Source of the DNA: a virus
Strand: one strand, 5' to 3'
IMG/VR virus record: IMGVR_UViG_3300047440_000231
Span: 1 to 45,618 of that record
DNA length: 45,618 nt
Shown: in pieces, positions 1-7,672 of the stretch
Layout of the letters: each line of letters begins with the position of its first letter
Position numbering within the stretch: position 1 is the first letter of the stretch
Notes under the pieces: model-generated
What the model saw: the letters and a program-made list of their open reading frames with translations, nothing else
Databases searched by the model: none
Told to the model about the DNA's origin: nothing
Made by a program: the position numbers and the translations under genes

Positions 1-127
1 GTTCACGGCCGGCCGAATGCCGCTGATCATCACCGAGGGCGAACTCGACGCGATGACGGCGATCCAGTGCGGGTTCCCCCTCGCGGTCTCGGTGCCCGAC
101 GGCGCGCCGCCGCCGCTCAATGCCGCG
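1..127. repeat. Terminal direct repeat, copy 1 (identical to 45492..45618)
   Basis: Bases 1-127 match 45492-45618 base for base (read directly). This implies a 45,491-bp circular or permuted unit. 127 nt is also a common assembler k-mer length. Confidence 0.95.
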
Positions 128-1231
128 CCCGCCGGGCTCGTGACCAGCGACGCCGACGGCAAATTCAAGTTCTGCTGGAACAACCGCGAGCTGATCGCCG
201 GGCAGGCCAAGCGATTCATCCTCGCGGTCGACAACGACCCGGCCGGTCAGCGCCTTGCCGACGAGCTGGTGCGGCGCCTGCTGCCATCGCGCTGCCTGTT
301 CGTCGAATACCCTGATGGCTGCAAAGACCTCAACGACGTGCTGGTCAACCACGGTGCGAGCGCGGTCGCCGCGACCCTCAACGCCGCCAAGCCCTATCCG
401 GTCAAGGGCATCTATCGGTTTTCCGAGTACCCGGAGCGGCCCGATCTCGAAACCTTCTCGACCGGATGGCCGATCCTCGATCGGAACTTCCGGCTGTTTC
501 CCGGGGAATTCTGCGTCATCACCGGGATCCCGAGCCATGGCAAATCGACCTTCGTACTCAACCTGTTGTGCAACGTCGCCCGGATCCATGGCTGGCGATC
601 GGCGATCTTCTCGCCAGAAATGCCCGCAGTGCCGTTTGTGCGCTCCCGCCTGCGCGCGATCTACGGCGACTATCGGGATCCGATCGCGGTCTCGGCCTTC
701 CTCGAGGACCGGTTCGTGTTCATCGATGCGGATCCGCACCAAAGCGGCGAAGAGGCCGATTTCACCCTCGAATGGATGCTCGACCGTGCCACCGACGCCG
801 TGATGCGCGACGGCGTGCGCGTGCTGGTGATCGATCCGTGGAACGAGATGGAGCACGCGAGGCGGCAAGGCGAAAGCCTCACCGAGTACATTGGCCGCGC
901 CATCAAGGAGATCAAGCGATTTGCCAAGTTACGCCAAGTCGTCGTGATCATCGTGGCCCATCCGACCAAGGATGTGTGGCGCGAAGGCAAGTCGAGAACA
1001 CCGTCGCTCTACGATATCGAAGGTTCGGCCCACTGGTTCAACAAGGCTGATCATGGACTCGTCATCGAACGTGCGCCGGACAAGGAAGGAATTACCAACA
1101 TTCACATCGCCAAGTCTCGATTTGGCGAAGCAGGAGAACGGGGAATGGTCAAGATGAGCTATTTCAGCCATGCCTACCGATACGAGCAGCTCGACAGCCC
1201 GGCCGACCCGCAGACGGGGTGCCCGGCATGA
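1..1231 (+). CDS. Primase-helicase (Toprim + DnaB/T7 gp4-like NTPase), 3' part of the gene that starts at 45226 and crosses the junction
   Basis: Same frame as track ORF 17..1231. Toprim acidic motifs IITEGELDAM and ILAVDNDPAG; Walker A GIPSHGKST; Walker B VLVIDPWNE; TGA at 1229-1231. Confidence 0.85.
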   Translation, partial: FTAGRMPLIITEGELDAMTAIQCGFPLAVSVPDGAPPPLNAAPAGLVTSDADGKFKFCWNNRELIAGQAKRFILAVDNDPAGQRLADELVRRLLPSRCLFVEYPDGCKDLNDVLVNHGASAVAATLNAAKPYPVKGIYRFSEYPERPDLETFSTGWPILDRNFRLFPGEFCVITGIPSHGKSTFVLNLLCNVARIHGWRSAIFSPEMPAVPFVRSRLRAIYGDYRDPIAVSAFLEDRFVFIDADPHQSGEEADFTLEWMLDRATDAVMRDGVRVLVIDPWNEMEHARRQGESLTEYIGRAIKEIKRFAKLRQVVVIIVAHPTKDVWREGKSRTPSLYDIEGSAHWFNKADHGLVIERAPDKEGITNIHIAKSRFGEAGERGMVKMSYFSHAYRYEQLDSPADPQTGCPA

Positions 1232-1425
1232 GCGAGCCAAACGAGACGCCAGCCAAAAAGGGCATATGGGCCGATTTCAGGGAATTGCCGTTCCGCGCCC
1301 GCATGATCATCGTGGGCGGCATCGCGGTGTATGCCGGCTCCGGCCTGCAATGGGGACCGACTGGCATGCTGATCGCCGGCGGCGTATGGCTGACGGCCGT
1401 TGGCCTGCTGGAGGACGACGCATGA
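1228..1425 (+). CDS. Small membrane protein (two predicted TM helices)
   Basis: 65 aa. ATG overlaps the helicase stop (ATGA). Hydrophobic stretches MIIVGGIAVYAGSGL and MLIAGGVWLTAVGLL. Track ORF 1219 begins at an upstream GTG. Confidence 0.55.
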   Translation: MSEPNETPAKKGIWADFRELPFRARMIIVGGIAVYAGSGLQWGPTGMLIAGGVWLTAVGLLEDDA

Positions 1426-1517
1426 GCGTCCTCGGCTCGATGATATTCGGCGGCTTTTGCGGGCTCGCGCTCCTTGGCCTGATGTGGTGGCTGTCCGGCC
1501 GGTATTTGCCACGATGA
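1422..1517 (+). CDS. Micro membrane protein (31 aa, one TM)
   Basis: MSVLGSMIFGGFCGLALLGLMWWLSGRYLPR. ATGA overlaps at both ends. Lies inside the longer track ORF 1170..1517. Confidence 0.45.
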   Translation: MSVLGSMIFGGFCGLALLGLMWWLSGRYLPR

Positions 1518-1651
1518 CCCGCCCTCACGCGCTCGCATGGGCTTGGCTGCTCAGCCTCGTGGCCGTCGCCGGGATCATGCTCAACCTGGCGGCCTGCTCC
1601 AGCACCAGGCTCGACCGCAACTGCCCGCCGCCGATCGGGTGCCCGAAATGA
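1514..1651 (+). CDS. Small putative lipoprotein (45 aa)
   Basis: Signal peptide plus lipobox L-A-A-C (..IMLNLAAC). The mature peptide is an 18-aa Cys/Pro-rich sequence, CSSTRLDRNCPPPIGCPK. ATGA overlaps at both ends. Confidence 0.5.
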   Translation: MTRPHALAWAWLLSLVAVAGIMLNLAACSSTRLDRNCPPPIGCPK

Positions 1652-1824
1652 GCGAGGATGCCACCCGGCCAAGCCGGCTCAAGCTCCTGGCGCGGTACTG
1701 CCAGTTTTGTGCCGAGGAGCTTCGGACGGGCGTCCATGTCGACAATCATGAGGCACGACTCGCAGAAATGCGCAAAACGCACCCAGTGCCATCTGTGGGC
1801 GATTGCGGGGCATCCCAGCGATGA
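1648..1824 (+). CDS. Hypothetical protein (58 aa)
   Basis: ATGA overlaps with both neighbours. Internal Met of track ORF 1537..1824. Confidence 0.45.
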   Translation: MSEDATRPSRLKLLARYCQFCAEELRTGVHVDNHEARLAEMRKTHPVPSVGDCGASQR

Positions 1825-2378
1825 CCGAGCCCCGTCGCAAGCGGATCGCGACCGTCGGCGATGCCGAGGAGATGCAGCGGGCGTTGAGCCTGCGGGCGGC
1901 GATGATGGGGCGGTCGCGGGAGCAATTGGACGCCATTGCGGGGTTACCGGACGGTAACGCGGCGGCGTTGCTGTGTGTCCCGCCGCAGAAGCGCATGAGC
2001 GTCGAGACGATGTTCTGGCTGGCGTCCGCGCTGGGGATGGCGGTGGTGTTCGTGGAAGATCCGAAGGCGATGGAGCGGCTGGAGCGGCATCCGCGGTGCC
2101 AGCAGAAGTACGCGCGCAAGGGCAATCATTGGCGGAATGCTAAGGCACTCAGCATCATAGCGGAAATGGCACAAAAGAACGGCAAATTGGGCGCGGACGC
2201 ACGAATGGTCAAAATGTCGCCAGAGCAGAGATCAAGGGTGGCGCGCAAGGGTGCTAAGGCGCGCTGGCGCAAACCCTCGCGGCTTGCAGCCGGGTCAAAA
2301 GCCGTGCCACGCGGGGCGGCACCGGGCATTCGCCATGGGCGATCCGAATGCACTGACGGATCGAAAGTTCCACTGTGA
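1821..2378 (+). CDS. Putative DNA-binding regulator
   Basis: Start at Met7 of track ORF 1803..2378 (ATGA overlap). HTH-like SREQLDAIAGLPDGNAAALL; basic tail MSPEQRSRVARKGAKARWRK. The last ~40 codons overlap the convergent gene 2254..2448. Confidence 0.55.
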   Translation: MTEPRRKRIATVGDAEEMQRALSLRAAMMGRSREQLDAIAGLPDGNAAALLCVPPQKRMSVETMFWLASALGMAVVFVEDPKAMERLERHPRCQQKYARKGNHWRNAKALSIIAEMAQKNGKLGADARMVKMSPEQRSRVARKGAKARWRKPSRLAAGSKAVPRGAAPGIRHGRSECTDGSKVPL

Positions 2379-2448
2379 GGGAGGTTGCCTGGCTGGCTGG
2401 TGTGAGGCCAAGGGCGCGCAGGGCTGCGAGGTAAGTTTCGGTATTCAT
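2254..2448 (-). CDS. Small HTH-type protein
   Basis: MNTETYLAALRALGLTP...CPVPPRVARLL resembles short phage HTH proteins. Alternative start at ATG 2484. Confidence 0.45.
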   Translation of the reverse strand: MNTETYLAALRALGLTPASQATSLTVELSIRQCIRIAHGECPVPPRVARLLTRLQAARVCASAP

Positions 2449-2498
2449 GTGCGTATTCCCGTTCGGGGTGTCTTCGGCCCGCATGGGGCCACATGAAA

Positions 2499-2526
2499 GG
2501 GCCGCAGGGCGCTAACCCTGCGGCCC
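2499..2526 (-). terminator. GC-rich hairpin between minus-strand genes
   Basis: Perfect 11-bp inverted repeat GGGCCGCAGGG-N6-CCCTGCGGCCC. Followed only by TTTC on the minus strand, so there is no long U tract. Confidence 0.35.
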
Positions 2527-2534
2527 GCTTCGTG

Positions 2535-2735
2535 TCAGCCGTCGAGTGTGACGCGCTGGGCGAGATCCGCTGAGATTTGGCCGTCACGCGCCAGCATGTC
2601 GATGAAGTCGACGAATTCGCATCGGATGTAGGTCGCGTTCTTGCCCTTGCGGTAGTCGGAGCGCTGATGCGGCTGGAATCCCTGCCAGAATGCGGCGCGG
2701 ATCTGCGATTGCGTCGTCATGGTGTAGCGGGTCAT
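2535..2735 (-). CDS. Hypothetical protein (66 aa)
   Basis: ORF track. ATGA overlap with the upstream gene 2732..3061. Confidence 0.6.
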   Translation of the reverse strand: MTRYTMTTQSQIRAAFWQGFQPHQRSDYRKGKNATYIRCEFVDFIDMLARDGQISADLAQRVTLDG

Positions 2736-3061
2736 GACGCCACCTGCTCATTAGCGACCGCATCGCAGGCCGCCGCCTTGAGCAGACACACGCCGCCTGC
2801 CATGCTGTAGAAGTCGCCGCGCTCTTTGAGCACCTCGCGCACCTTGCGGCCGTTGTACATCATGAGGCCTGCGGCTCGCGCGTCCCACCAATCGAGCGGA
2901 ATGTTGTTCATGTGCTCGTCGGTCTCAAGCGCTTTGCGAAACCGCGCGATATCCTTTGGGTCGGTGAAGGCGACGCCGCAAGCCTTAGCGATCTCAAGAT
3001 AATAGACGTGGTGCAGATCGCCGCTGCTTGCCATGTACTGCTCGCGTGTGGTGATTGTCAT
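2732..3061 (-). CDS. Hypothetical protein (109 aa)
   Basis: ORF track. Natural-looking composition. Confidence 0.65.
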   Translation of the reverse strand: MTITTREQYMASSGDLHHVYYLEIAKACGVAFTDPKDIARFRKALETDEHMNNIPLDWWDARAAGLMMYNGRKVREVLKERGDFYSMAGGVCLLKAAACDAVANEQVAS

Positions 3062-3386
3062 TGTGCTGTGTCCTCGGTTCGCCCAGGGCCATCCCGGGCA
3101 TGGATGTCATATGCCATATGTCAGGTGGTGTTGTCACATCACGATTTCGTGAACAATAGGATCAATGGGTTAGCAAAATAGTTGCAGCCACCGTTCCGTA
3201 TAGCGGAACAACCGGATTGACGAACAGGCGAAAAAATGGGACGCGCGTGCGAGGTGCATCGCGAGCCATGCATCGCGTGCAGCAACCCAAGCAAGGACCA
3301 GCACATGGGCGGAACTGTCCGGCCACCGTGGGTCCACACAAACGCATCACGCAACGTCGCCAAGCGCGCCAGATGGGCCGCCATCC

Positions 3387-3860
3387 TCAAACAACGAGCG
3401 TCTTGCGCCGGCCATTCTTCACCTCCGAAATCGTCGATTGCGAAACCCCAAGCTCCTTCGCCAACTCCTTCGGCACATAGCCGCCAGCCCGAATGCGCCT
3501 CACCTGCTCATCCGTCAGCTTCCGAATACGCCTGATCCGCGTCGCCCACACAGGCACGCGATCAAGCTTGCGACCCTTCGCAACCGCATCACGGTGATTG
3601 TCCAAATCAGTGCCAAGGAATAAGTGCTTGGGATTGCAACACAAAGGCGTGTCGCACTCGTGCAAAACGTCAAGACCAGCGGGGATTGGTCCATTGTGGA
3701 CGATGTAACTCATCCGGTGCGCGAGCGAGATAACTCCACCGGAATGTGTGAATTGCCCGTACCCACCCGACTGCACGTAGCCTGTCCATAGCCAGCATTT
3801 GGTGTGCTTGTCTTGCTCGGTGCGGCGACGGAAGAACTCAGGGCTCGGCTTGTTAACCAT
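3387..3860 (-). CDS. HNH endonuclease with C-terminal HTH (homing-endonuclease-like)
   Basis: CWLWTGYVQSGGYGQF..AHRMSY..HECDTPLCCNPKHLFLGTDLDN is an HNH_3-type signature. C-terminal KELAKELGVSQSTISEVKNGR looks like an HTH. Start trimmed to Met21, which has an AGGA SD and lies downstream of the promoter at 3903-3931. Confidence 0.8.
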   Translation of the reverse strand: MVNKPSPEFFRRRTEQDKHTKCWLWTGYVQSGGYGQFTHSGGVISLAHRMSYIVHNGPIPAGLDVLHECDTPLCCNPKHLFLGTDLDNHRDAVAKGRKLDRVPVWATRIRRIRKLTDEQVRRIRAGGYVPKELAKELGVSQSTISEVKNGRRKTLVV

Positions 3861-3902
3861 GGCATGTCCTTGATGTTGCACATGAATTGCTCTAGTGCCC
3901 GC

Positions 3903-3931
3903 ATTATGCGAAATCAGCATTGATATTGCAA
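3903..3931 (-). promoter_or_regulatory. Sigma70-like promoter for the HNH gene (TTGCAA-N17-CATAAT)
   Basis: On the minus strand, -35 TTGCAA is at 3931-3926 and -10 CATAAT at 3908-3903, with a 17-nt spacer, in an AT-rich patch. Confidence 0.5.
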
Positions 3932-3954
3932 GAGAATTATGGAGATGCTACATA
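3926..3954 (+). promoter_or_regulatory. Sigma70-like promoter facing terS (TTGCAA-N17-TACATA)
   Basis: Uses the same palindromic -35 hexamer (3926-3931) on the plus strand, with a 17-nt spacer and -10 TACATA at 3949-3954. Confidence 0.4.
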
Positions 3955-4031
3955 CCATATGTTACGCGAATGGGTTCCGCGCGCTGTCTGGCATGTGACG
4001 CGCTGGCCACGATCGGCCTCACGAAATGACC

Positions 4032-4053
4032 GGGGGAGGGTGGGGGTGGGGGG
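4032..4053 (+). other. G-quadruplex-forming motif
   Basis: GGGGG-A-GGG-T-GGGGG-T-GGGGGG: four G-runs separated by 1-nt loops, in the terS upstream region. Confidence 0.6.
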
Positions 4054-4195
4054 CGCTGAGATCGGACGGGCTGTGGCCGACCTGTTCCCCCTATCACGCG
4101 CTTTCCCCCCACGATTTGACCGGCCTGTGGATTTTGGGCGCGGCTCTGTGAGAAACTTGTTGCATTTATACCACACCGCGTGATAACGGCGTATC

Positions 4196-4747
4196 ATGAA
4201 TTTGGATGGCGTTGACCTTGGACCGGCCATGCAGGCTCTCAATGAGCGCGAGCGGCGGTTTGTGTTGGCGTTTGTGAACCAGGGCCGGCAATGGCGGGAC
4301 GGGAATTTCGAGCCGGATCAAGGGGCTGCGGCGCGGGCAGCGGGGTACGGCACGGTTGATTCGACGAACGAGTATTTCCGGGTACAGGGGCACCGTGTCG
4401 CACATAGGGCGGACGTCCAGGAGGCGATACTCGAGTTCTCGCGCAAGGACGTGAACATCGCGGCGGCAGTTATCGCGACGCCGGTGACGATCTCGATCGC
4501 GATGGATACGGATCTGCCTGCCAGGGATCGGCTTCGCGCTTGCGAGATGCTGTTCAACCGGGGTGGGATGCCGGCGCAGACGGAACACAAGGTTACCGTC
4601 GAGCATGTGGATGACAGCCGGATGCTCGAGTTCGTGGACCGGCTGGCGGCGGAACTTGGGGTTGACCGGACGCGGCTGATCGGGGCGGACATGGGGATGG
4701 GCAAGCAGATCGAGGGGAAAGCCATTGACCCAGCCGCTGACGAATGA
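4196..4747 (+). CDS. terS: Terminase small subunit
   Basis: ERERRFVLAFV...GAAARAAGYG...HRADVQEAI matches the Terminase_2-type N-terminal HTH pattern. Sits directly upstream of terL. Confidence 0.7.
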   Translation: MNLDGVDLGPAMQALNERERRFVLAFVNQGRQWRDGNFEPDQGAAARAAGYGTVDSTNEYFRVQGHRVAHRADVQEAILEFSRKDVNIAAAVIATPVTISIAMDTDLPARDRLRACEMLFNRGGMPAQTEHKVTVEHVDDSRMLEFVDRLAAELGVDRTRLIGADMGMGKQIEGKAIDPAADE

Positions 4748-6164
4748 CCAGCGCAAGGCGGCGCTGCGGTTTGTCCAGGAGCGCAAGAAGTTCCGGCGGT
4801 TCGGGTTTTTCGTGCCGCACCCCAAGCAGATGCAGCATTTGGAGCTTGGGGCGACCAAGCGAGAACGGCTGCTTATGGCAAATAACCGTGCTGGAAAAAC
4901 TGAAACCGGGGCGTTCGAGGCGGCCTGCCACCTGACCGGGGAGTACCCGGATGGCTGGCGCGGCCGTGTGTTCACGCAGCCGACCATTGGGTGGGTTGCG
5001 GGCGAGACCTCGTTGCTGGTGCGCGATGTGCAGCAGAAGAAGTTGTGCGGCGATCCTGGTGTCGAGTCGACGTTCGGCACCGGTATGATCCCGAAGGCAT
5101 CCTTCGTCGACAAGCCCTCGCTGGCGCGCGGCGTCACGGATGCCTACGACACGATCCAGGTCCGGCACAGGTCGGGCGGCGTGTCGATCGCGCGGTTCAA
5201 GTCCTATGAGCAGGGCCGGACCAAGTTCCAGGCCGAGGGCCTTGACTGGATCTGGTTCGACGAGGAGCCGCCGCTCGACATCTATGCGGAGGGAATAGCC
5301 CGCATCGGCGAGCGCGATGGCATCGGCTGGCTGACCTTCACGCCGCTCAAGGGCCGGTCCGACGTCGTGATCCGGTTCCTCGACGAGCCCTCGCCGGACC
5401 GTGGCATCACCACGATGACGCTCGAGGACTCGCTTCATATCCCGCCGAAGATCCGCAAGAAGATGGAGGCCGGCTACCTGCCGCACGAGCGCGAGGCGCG
5501 CGCCCGCGGCGTGCCGATGCTTGGCTCGGGGCGCATCTTCACCGTGACCGAGGAGTCGATCACGGAGCCCGCGATCGAGATCGTGCCGGCGTTCTGGAAG
5601 AAGCTATGGGGCATCGACTTCGGCATCGGCCACCCGTTCGGCGCCGTGCTCATGCTATGGGACGTCGACAACGACGTGATCCACCTCCACCACGCGATCC
5701 GCATCACCGATGCCCTGCCGATCCAGCATGCTGCTGCGATGAAACCGGTCGGTGCCGATGTCCCGGTCGCCTGGCCGCACGACGGCGGCGAGCGCCGCGA
5801 CGACGGCAAGCCGATGAGCGATCACTACAAGCGCCACGACCTCAAGATGCTGGACTCGCATGCGACCTGGCCGGATGGCGGCATATCGACCGAGGCAGGC
5901 ATCCTGGAGATGGATGACCGGATGCGCTCCGGCCGCTTCAAGGTCGCCGCGCATCTGTCGGAATGGTTTGAGGAATTTCGGTTCTACCACCGCAAGGATG
6001 GCAAGATCGTCAAGATCAAGGACGACCTGATGTCGGCGACCCGGATCGCGGTGATGTCGAAACGCCACGGTCGCGCGGTCACGCTCGGCGGCCTGCGGAC
6101 CAAGCGCCTGGCCGGCATGATCCCCGCCGCCGGCATCGACTTCGACGTCTGGGCCGGGGCATAG
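4725..6164 (+). CDS. terL: Terminase large subunit
   Basis: Walker A NNRAGKTE; Walker B LDWIWFDEEP; nuclease-domain motif WGIDFGIGHPF. The track start is a TTG that overlaps the terS end. Confidence 0.9.
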   Translation: MTQPLTNDQRKAALRFVQERKKFRRFGFFVPHPKQMQHLELGATKRERLLMANNRAGKTETGAFEAACHLTGEYPDGWRGRVFTQPTIGWVAGETSLLVRDVQQKKLCGDPGVESTFGTGMIPKASFVDKPSLARGVTDAYDTIQVRHRSGGVSIARFKSYEQGRTKFQAEGLDWIWFDEEPPLDIYAEGIARIGERDGIGWLTFTPLKGRSDVVIRFLDEPSPDRGITTMTLEDSLHIPPKIRKKMEAGYLPHEREARARGVPMLGSGRIFTVTEESITEPAIEIVPAFWKKLWGIDFGIGHPFGAVLMLWDVDNDVIHLHHAIRITDALPIQHAAAMKPVGADVPVAWPHDGGERRDDGKPMSDHYKRHDLKMLDSHATWPDGGISTEAGILEMDDRMRSGRFKVAAHLSEWFEEFRFYHRKDGKIVKIKDDLMSATRIAVMSKRHGRAVTLGGLRTKRLAGMIPAAGIDFDVWAGA

Positions 6165-6173
6165 GAGAGAGAC

Positions 6174-6353
6174 ATGGGCGATATCATCCCGTTCAAGCCG
6201 AGGCCAGGGCCGGAGCTGAACTACGGCTGCTCGCCAGCGATGCTCGTTCTGTCGGACCTCAAGACATGGAACGCTTTCCAGTTGGCCGAGCGCGCCGCGG
6301 CCATTCGCGAGATCATGGCGGACCCGCTCCCCAAAGATACGTTGCCGGCCTGA
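6174..6353 (+). CDS. Hypothetical protein (59 aa, below the ORF-track cutoff)
   Basis: ATG at 6174 follows SD AGGAGAGA. Translation MGDIIPFKPRPGPELNYGCSPAML...PKDTLPA; TGA at 6351-6353. Confidence 0.5.
   Translation: MGDIIPFKPRPGPELNYGCSPAMLVLSDLKTWNAFQLAERAAAIREIMADPLPKDTLPA
6337..6347 (+). promoter_or_regulatory. Conserved 11-mer ATACGTTGCCG, copy 1
   Basis: Exact 11-mer overlapping the last codons of 6174..6353. Followed by the hairpin GTGCCGC-N13-GCGGCAC (6376-6402). Confidence 0.5.
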
Positions 6354-6468
6354 CCCCTCCCGGCGCACCGTCAGCGTGCCGCATGACGCATCCACGCGGC
6401 ACACAACCCCACCTGGGCTGGGCCGGCGCGAAGAGGCAGCCGGCCCGCCCTCCTTTGACGGAGCCGAT

Positions 6469-6660
6469 ATGGCGCTGCCAAGCCTGACAGGTTCCGCCAC
6501 CGCCGACCTCGGCATGGGTGACATGTTGCAGAGCCAGGCGGCCGGCGAAACCGAGGAAATGCGCAAGAAGCGCATGGCCGAGATGCAGGCGCAGAAGATG
6601 ATGGGCGCCGCGGGCTCCCCGGCGGCGCAGATGCTGCTGGGTGGAGGGCCTGTCCGATGA
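6469..6660 (+). CDS. Hypothetical protein (63 aa)
   Basis: Internal Met of track ORF 6376..6660, with SD GACGGAG. ATGA overlap with the next gene. Confidence 0.5.
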   Translation: MALPSLTGSATADLGMGDMLQSQAAGETEEMRKKRMAEMQAQKMMGAAGSPAAQMLLGGGPVR

Positions 6661-7031
6661 TCGGACGTCGAGGCGTCATTCAGGGTGGAGCAGCAGTTGC
6701 CATAGCCGCAGCTACTGTTCAGATCAGCGATGCCCTTGCCGACAAATATGTGTGGTGGGAGTGCAGTCAGTTTTCTCGCGATCAATATCCGGATGACTGG
6801 CGACAGTGGCCGGAGGACAATCAAAAACTTGCGCGGCGTGTTGTCGAACGATGGCTGGCGCGCATCCCTGGCGCTAAGATTGTCGAGGATATCTCACTCT
6901 GCGTAGGGCCGGATCATCCGCGTTATCCTGACCAGTCGCTGCAGCCTGAGCATTTCAAGGGCGGTTTTCATCTGGTGCGGCAGGTCCGACTTGACCGAGC
7001 GATACCGGAATATGATGACCCCGGATACTGA
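6657..7031 (+). CDS. Small exported protein with twin-arginine-type signal
   Basis: N-terminus MIGRRGVIQGGAAVAIAAATVQISDALA. G+C looks lower than in neighbouring genes (by eye). Confidence 0.6.
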   Translation: MIGRRGVIQGGAAVAIAAATVQISDALADKYVWWECSQFSRDQYPDDWRQWPEDNQKLARRVVERWLARIPGAKIVEDISLCVGPDHPRYPDQSLQPEHFKGGFHLVRQVRLDRAIPEYDDPGY

Positions 7032-7500
7032 AGCCGCCCACGAGCTGATCCGCCACTCACGAGATCTCCGCGACATGTGGCAGGGCCGCGTGCTCGCACA
7101 CGCCAAGGGCAACAACCTCCTCGCCGTCACCTCGATGCTCGCACACGCGTTCGACGACGCGATGGGCATCATGCTGCGCGTGGTCAAGCCGAAGTGCTGG
7201 GACGTCGAGCGACAGAGCCTGCGCGCGCCGTTCCTGTGCTCGATCGCCAAGATCGATAAGCGATCTCATGTGGTCGCCGATGTGATCGATAACGACGGCA
7301 CCAAGCTCAAGGACGTCGTGGTCTATCGATCGACCGCGCATTTTCAGGGCGAGATGCGCCGCGTCGCCGATGTCGCGCGGCTCACCGACGGAGAGCGCCA
7401 CGAGTTCTTCATCGTCGCCAAGAGCTGGATCGCCGCCGATCGAAGGCTCGATCCCAACATGAACCCGGCGGACCCAGATGCCCGACGACTCGTCAATTAA
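7012..7500 (+). CDS. Hypothetical protein
   Basis: First ATG (Met8) of track ORF 6991..7500, whose listed start is a TTG. Confidence 0.6.
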   Translation: MMTPDTEAAHELIRHSRDLRDMWQGRVLAHAKGNNLLAVTSMLAHAFDDAMGIMLRVVKPKCWDVERQSLRAPFLCSIAKIDKRSHVVADVIDNDGTKLKDVVVYRSTAHFQGEMRRVADVARLTDGERHEFFIVAKSWIAADRRLDPNMNPADPDARRLVN

Positions 7501-7672
7501 GATCCCGCCCGGCCTCATGAAGGTCGAGGTCTTTGCCGACTCGATCGGCGTATGGCGGCGTGAGACATGGGACGTGACAGTCAAGTATTGTCCGCTCATC
7601 GTCTATGACGTTGCGACTATGACGAAGGACGAAAAGGCGTATCAGGTCGAGCGACTGGTCAGGATTTCCTGA
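7478..7672 (+). CDS. Hypothetical protein (64 aa)
   Basis: ORF track. Its stop overlaps the portal start (TGATG). Confidence 0.5.
   Translation: MPDDSSIKIPPGLMKVEVFADSIGVWRRETWDVTVKYCPLIVYDVATMTKDEKAYQVERLVRIS

Noticed and set aside
1-127. Terminal repeat as true physical direct terminal repeats of the virion DNA
   Set aside because: It falls in the middle of an essential gene and is exactly 127 nt, so an assembly overlap is the simpler explanation. This is kept as a checkable finding.
3920-4183. 87-aa ORF covering the G-quadruplex region, and the 83-aa ORF 3139..3390 in the neighbouring gap
   Set aside because: They use rare codons (TTA, CGA, CTA, AGA, AGG), have an odd Arg/Gly/Cys-rich composition, start at TTG and lack an SD. 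I treated them as non-coding, though this is not excluded.
4166-6824. Long minus-strand ORFs (4166..5137, 4593..5486, 5655..6824) antisense to terS/terL
   Set aside because: They are Arg/Pro/Ala/Gly-rich translations typical of non-coding frames in high-G+C DNA. They fully overlap genes with clear terminase motifs.
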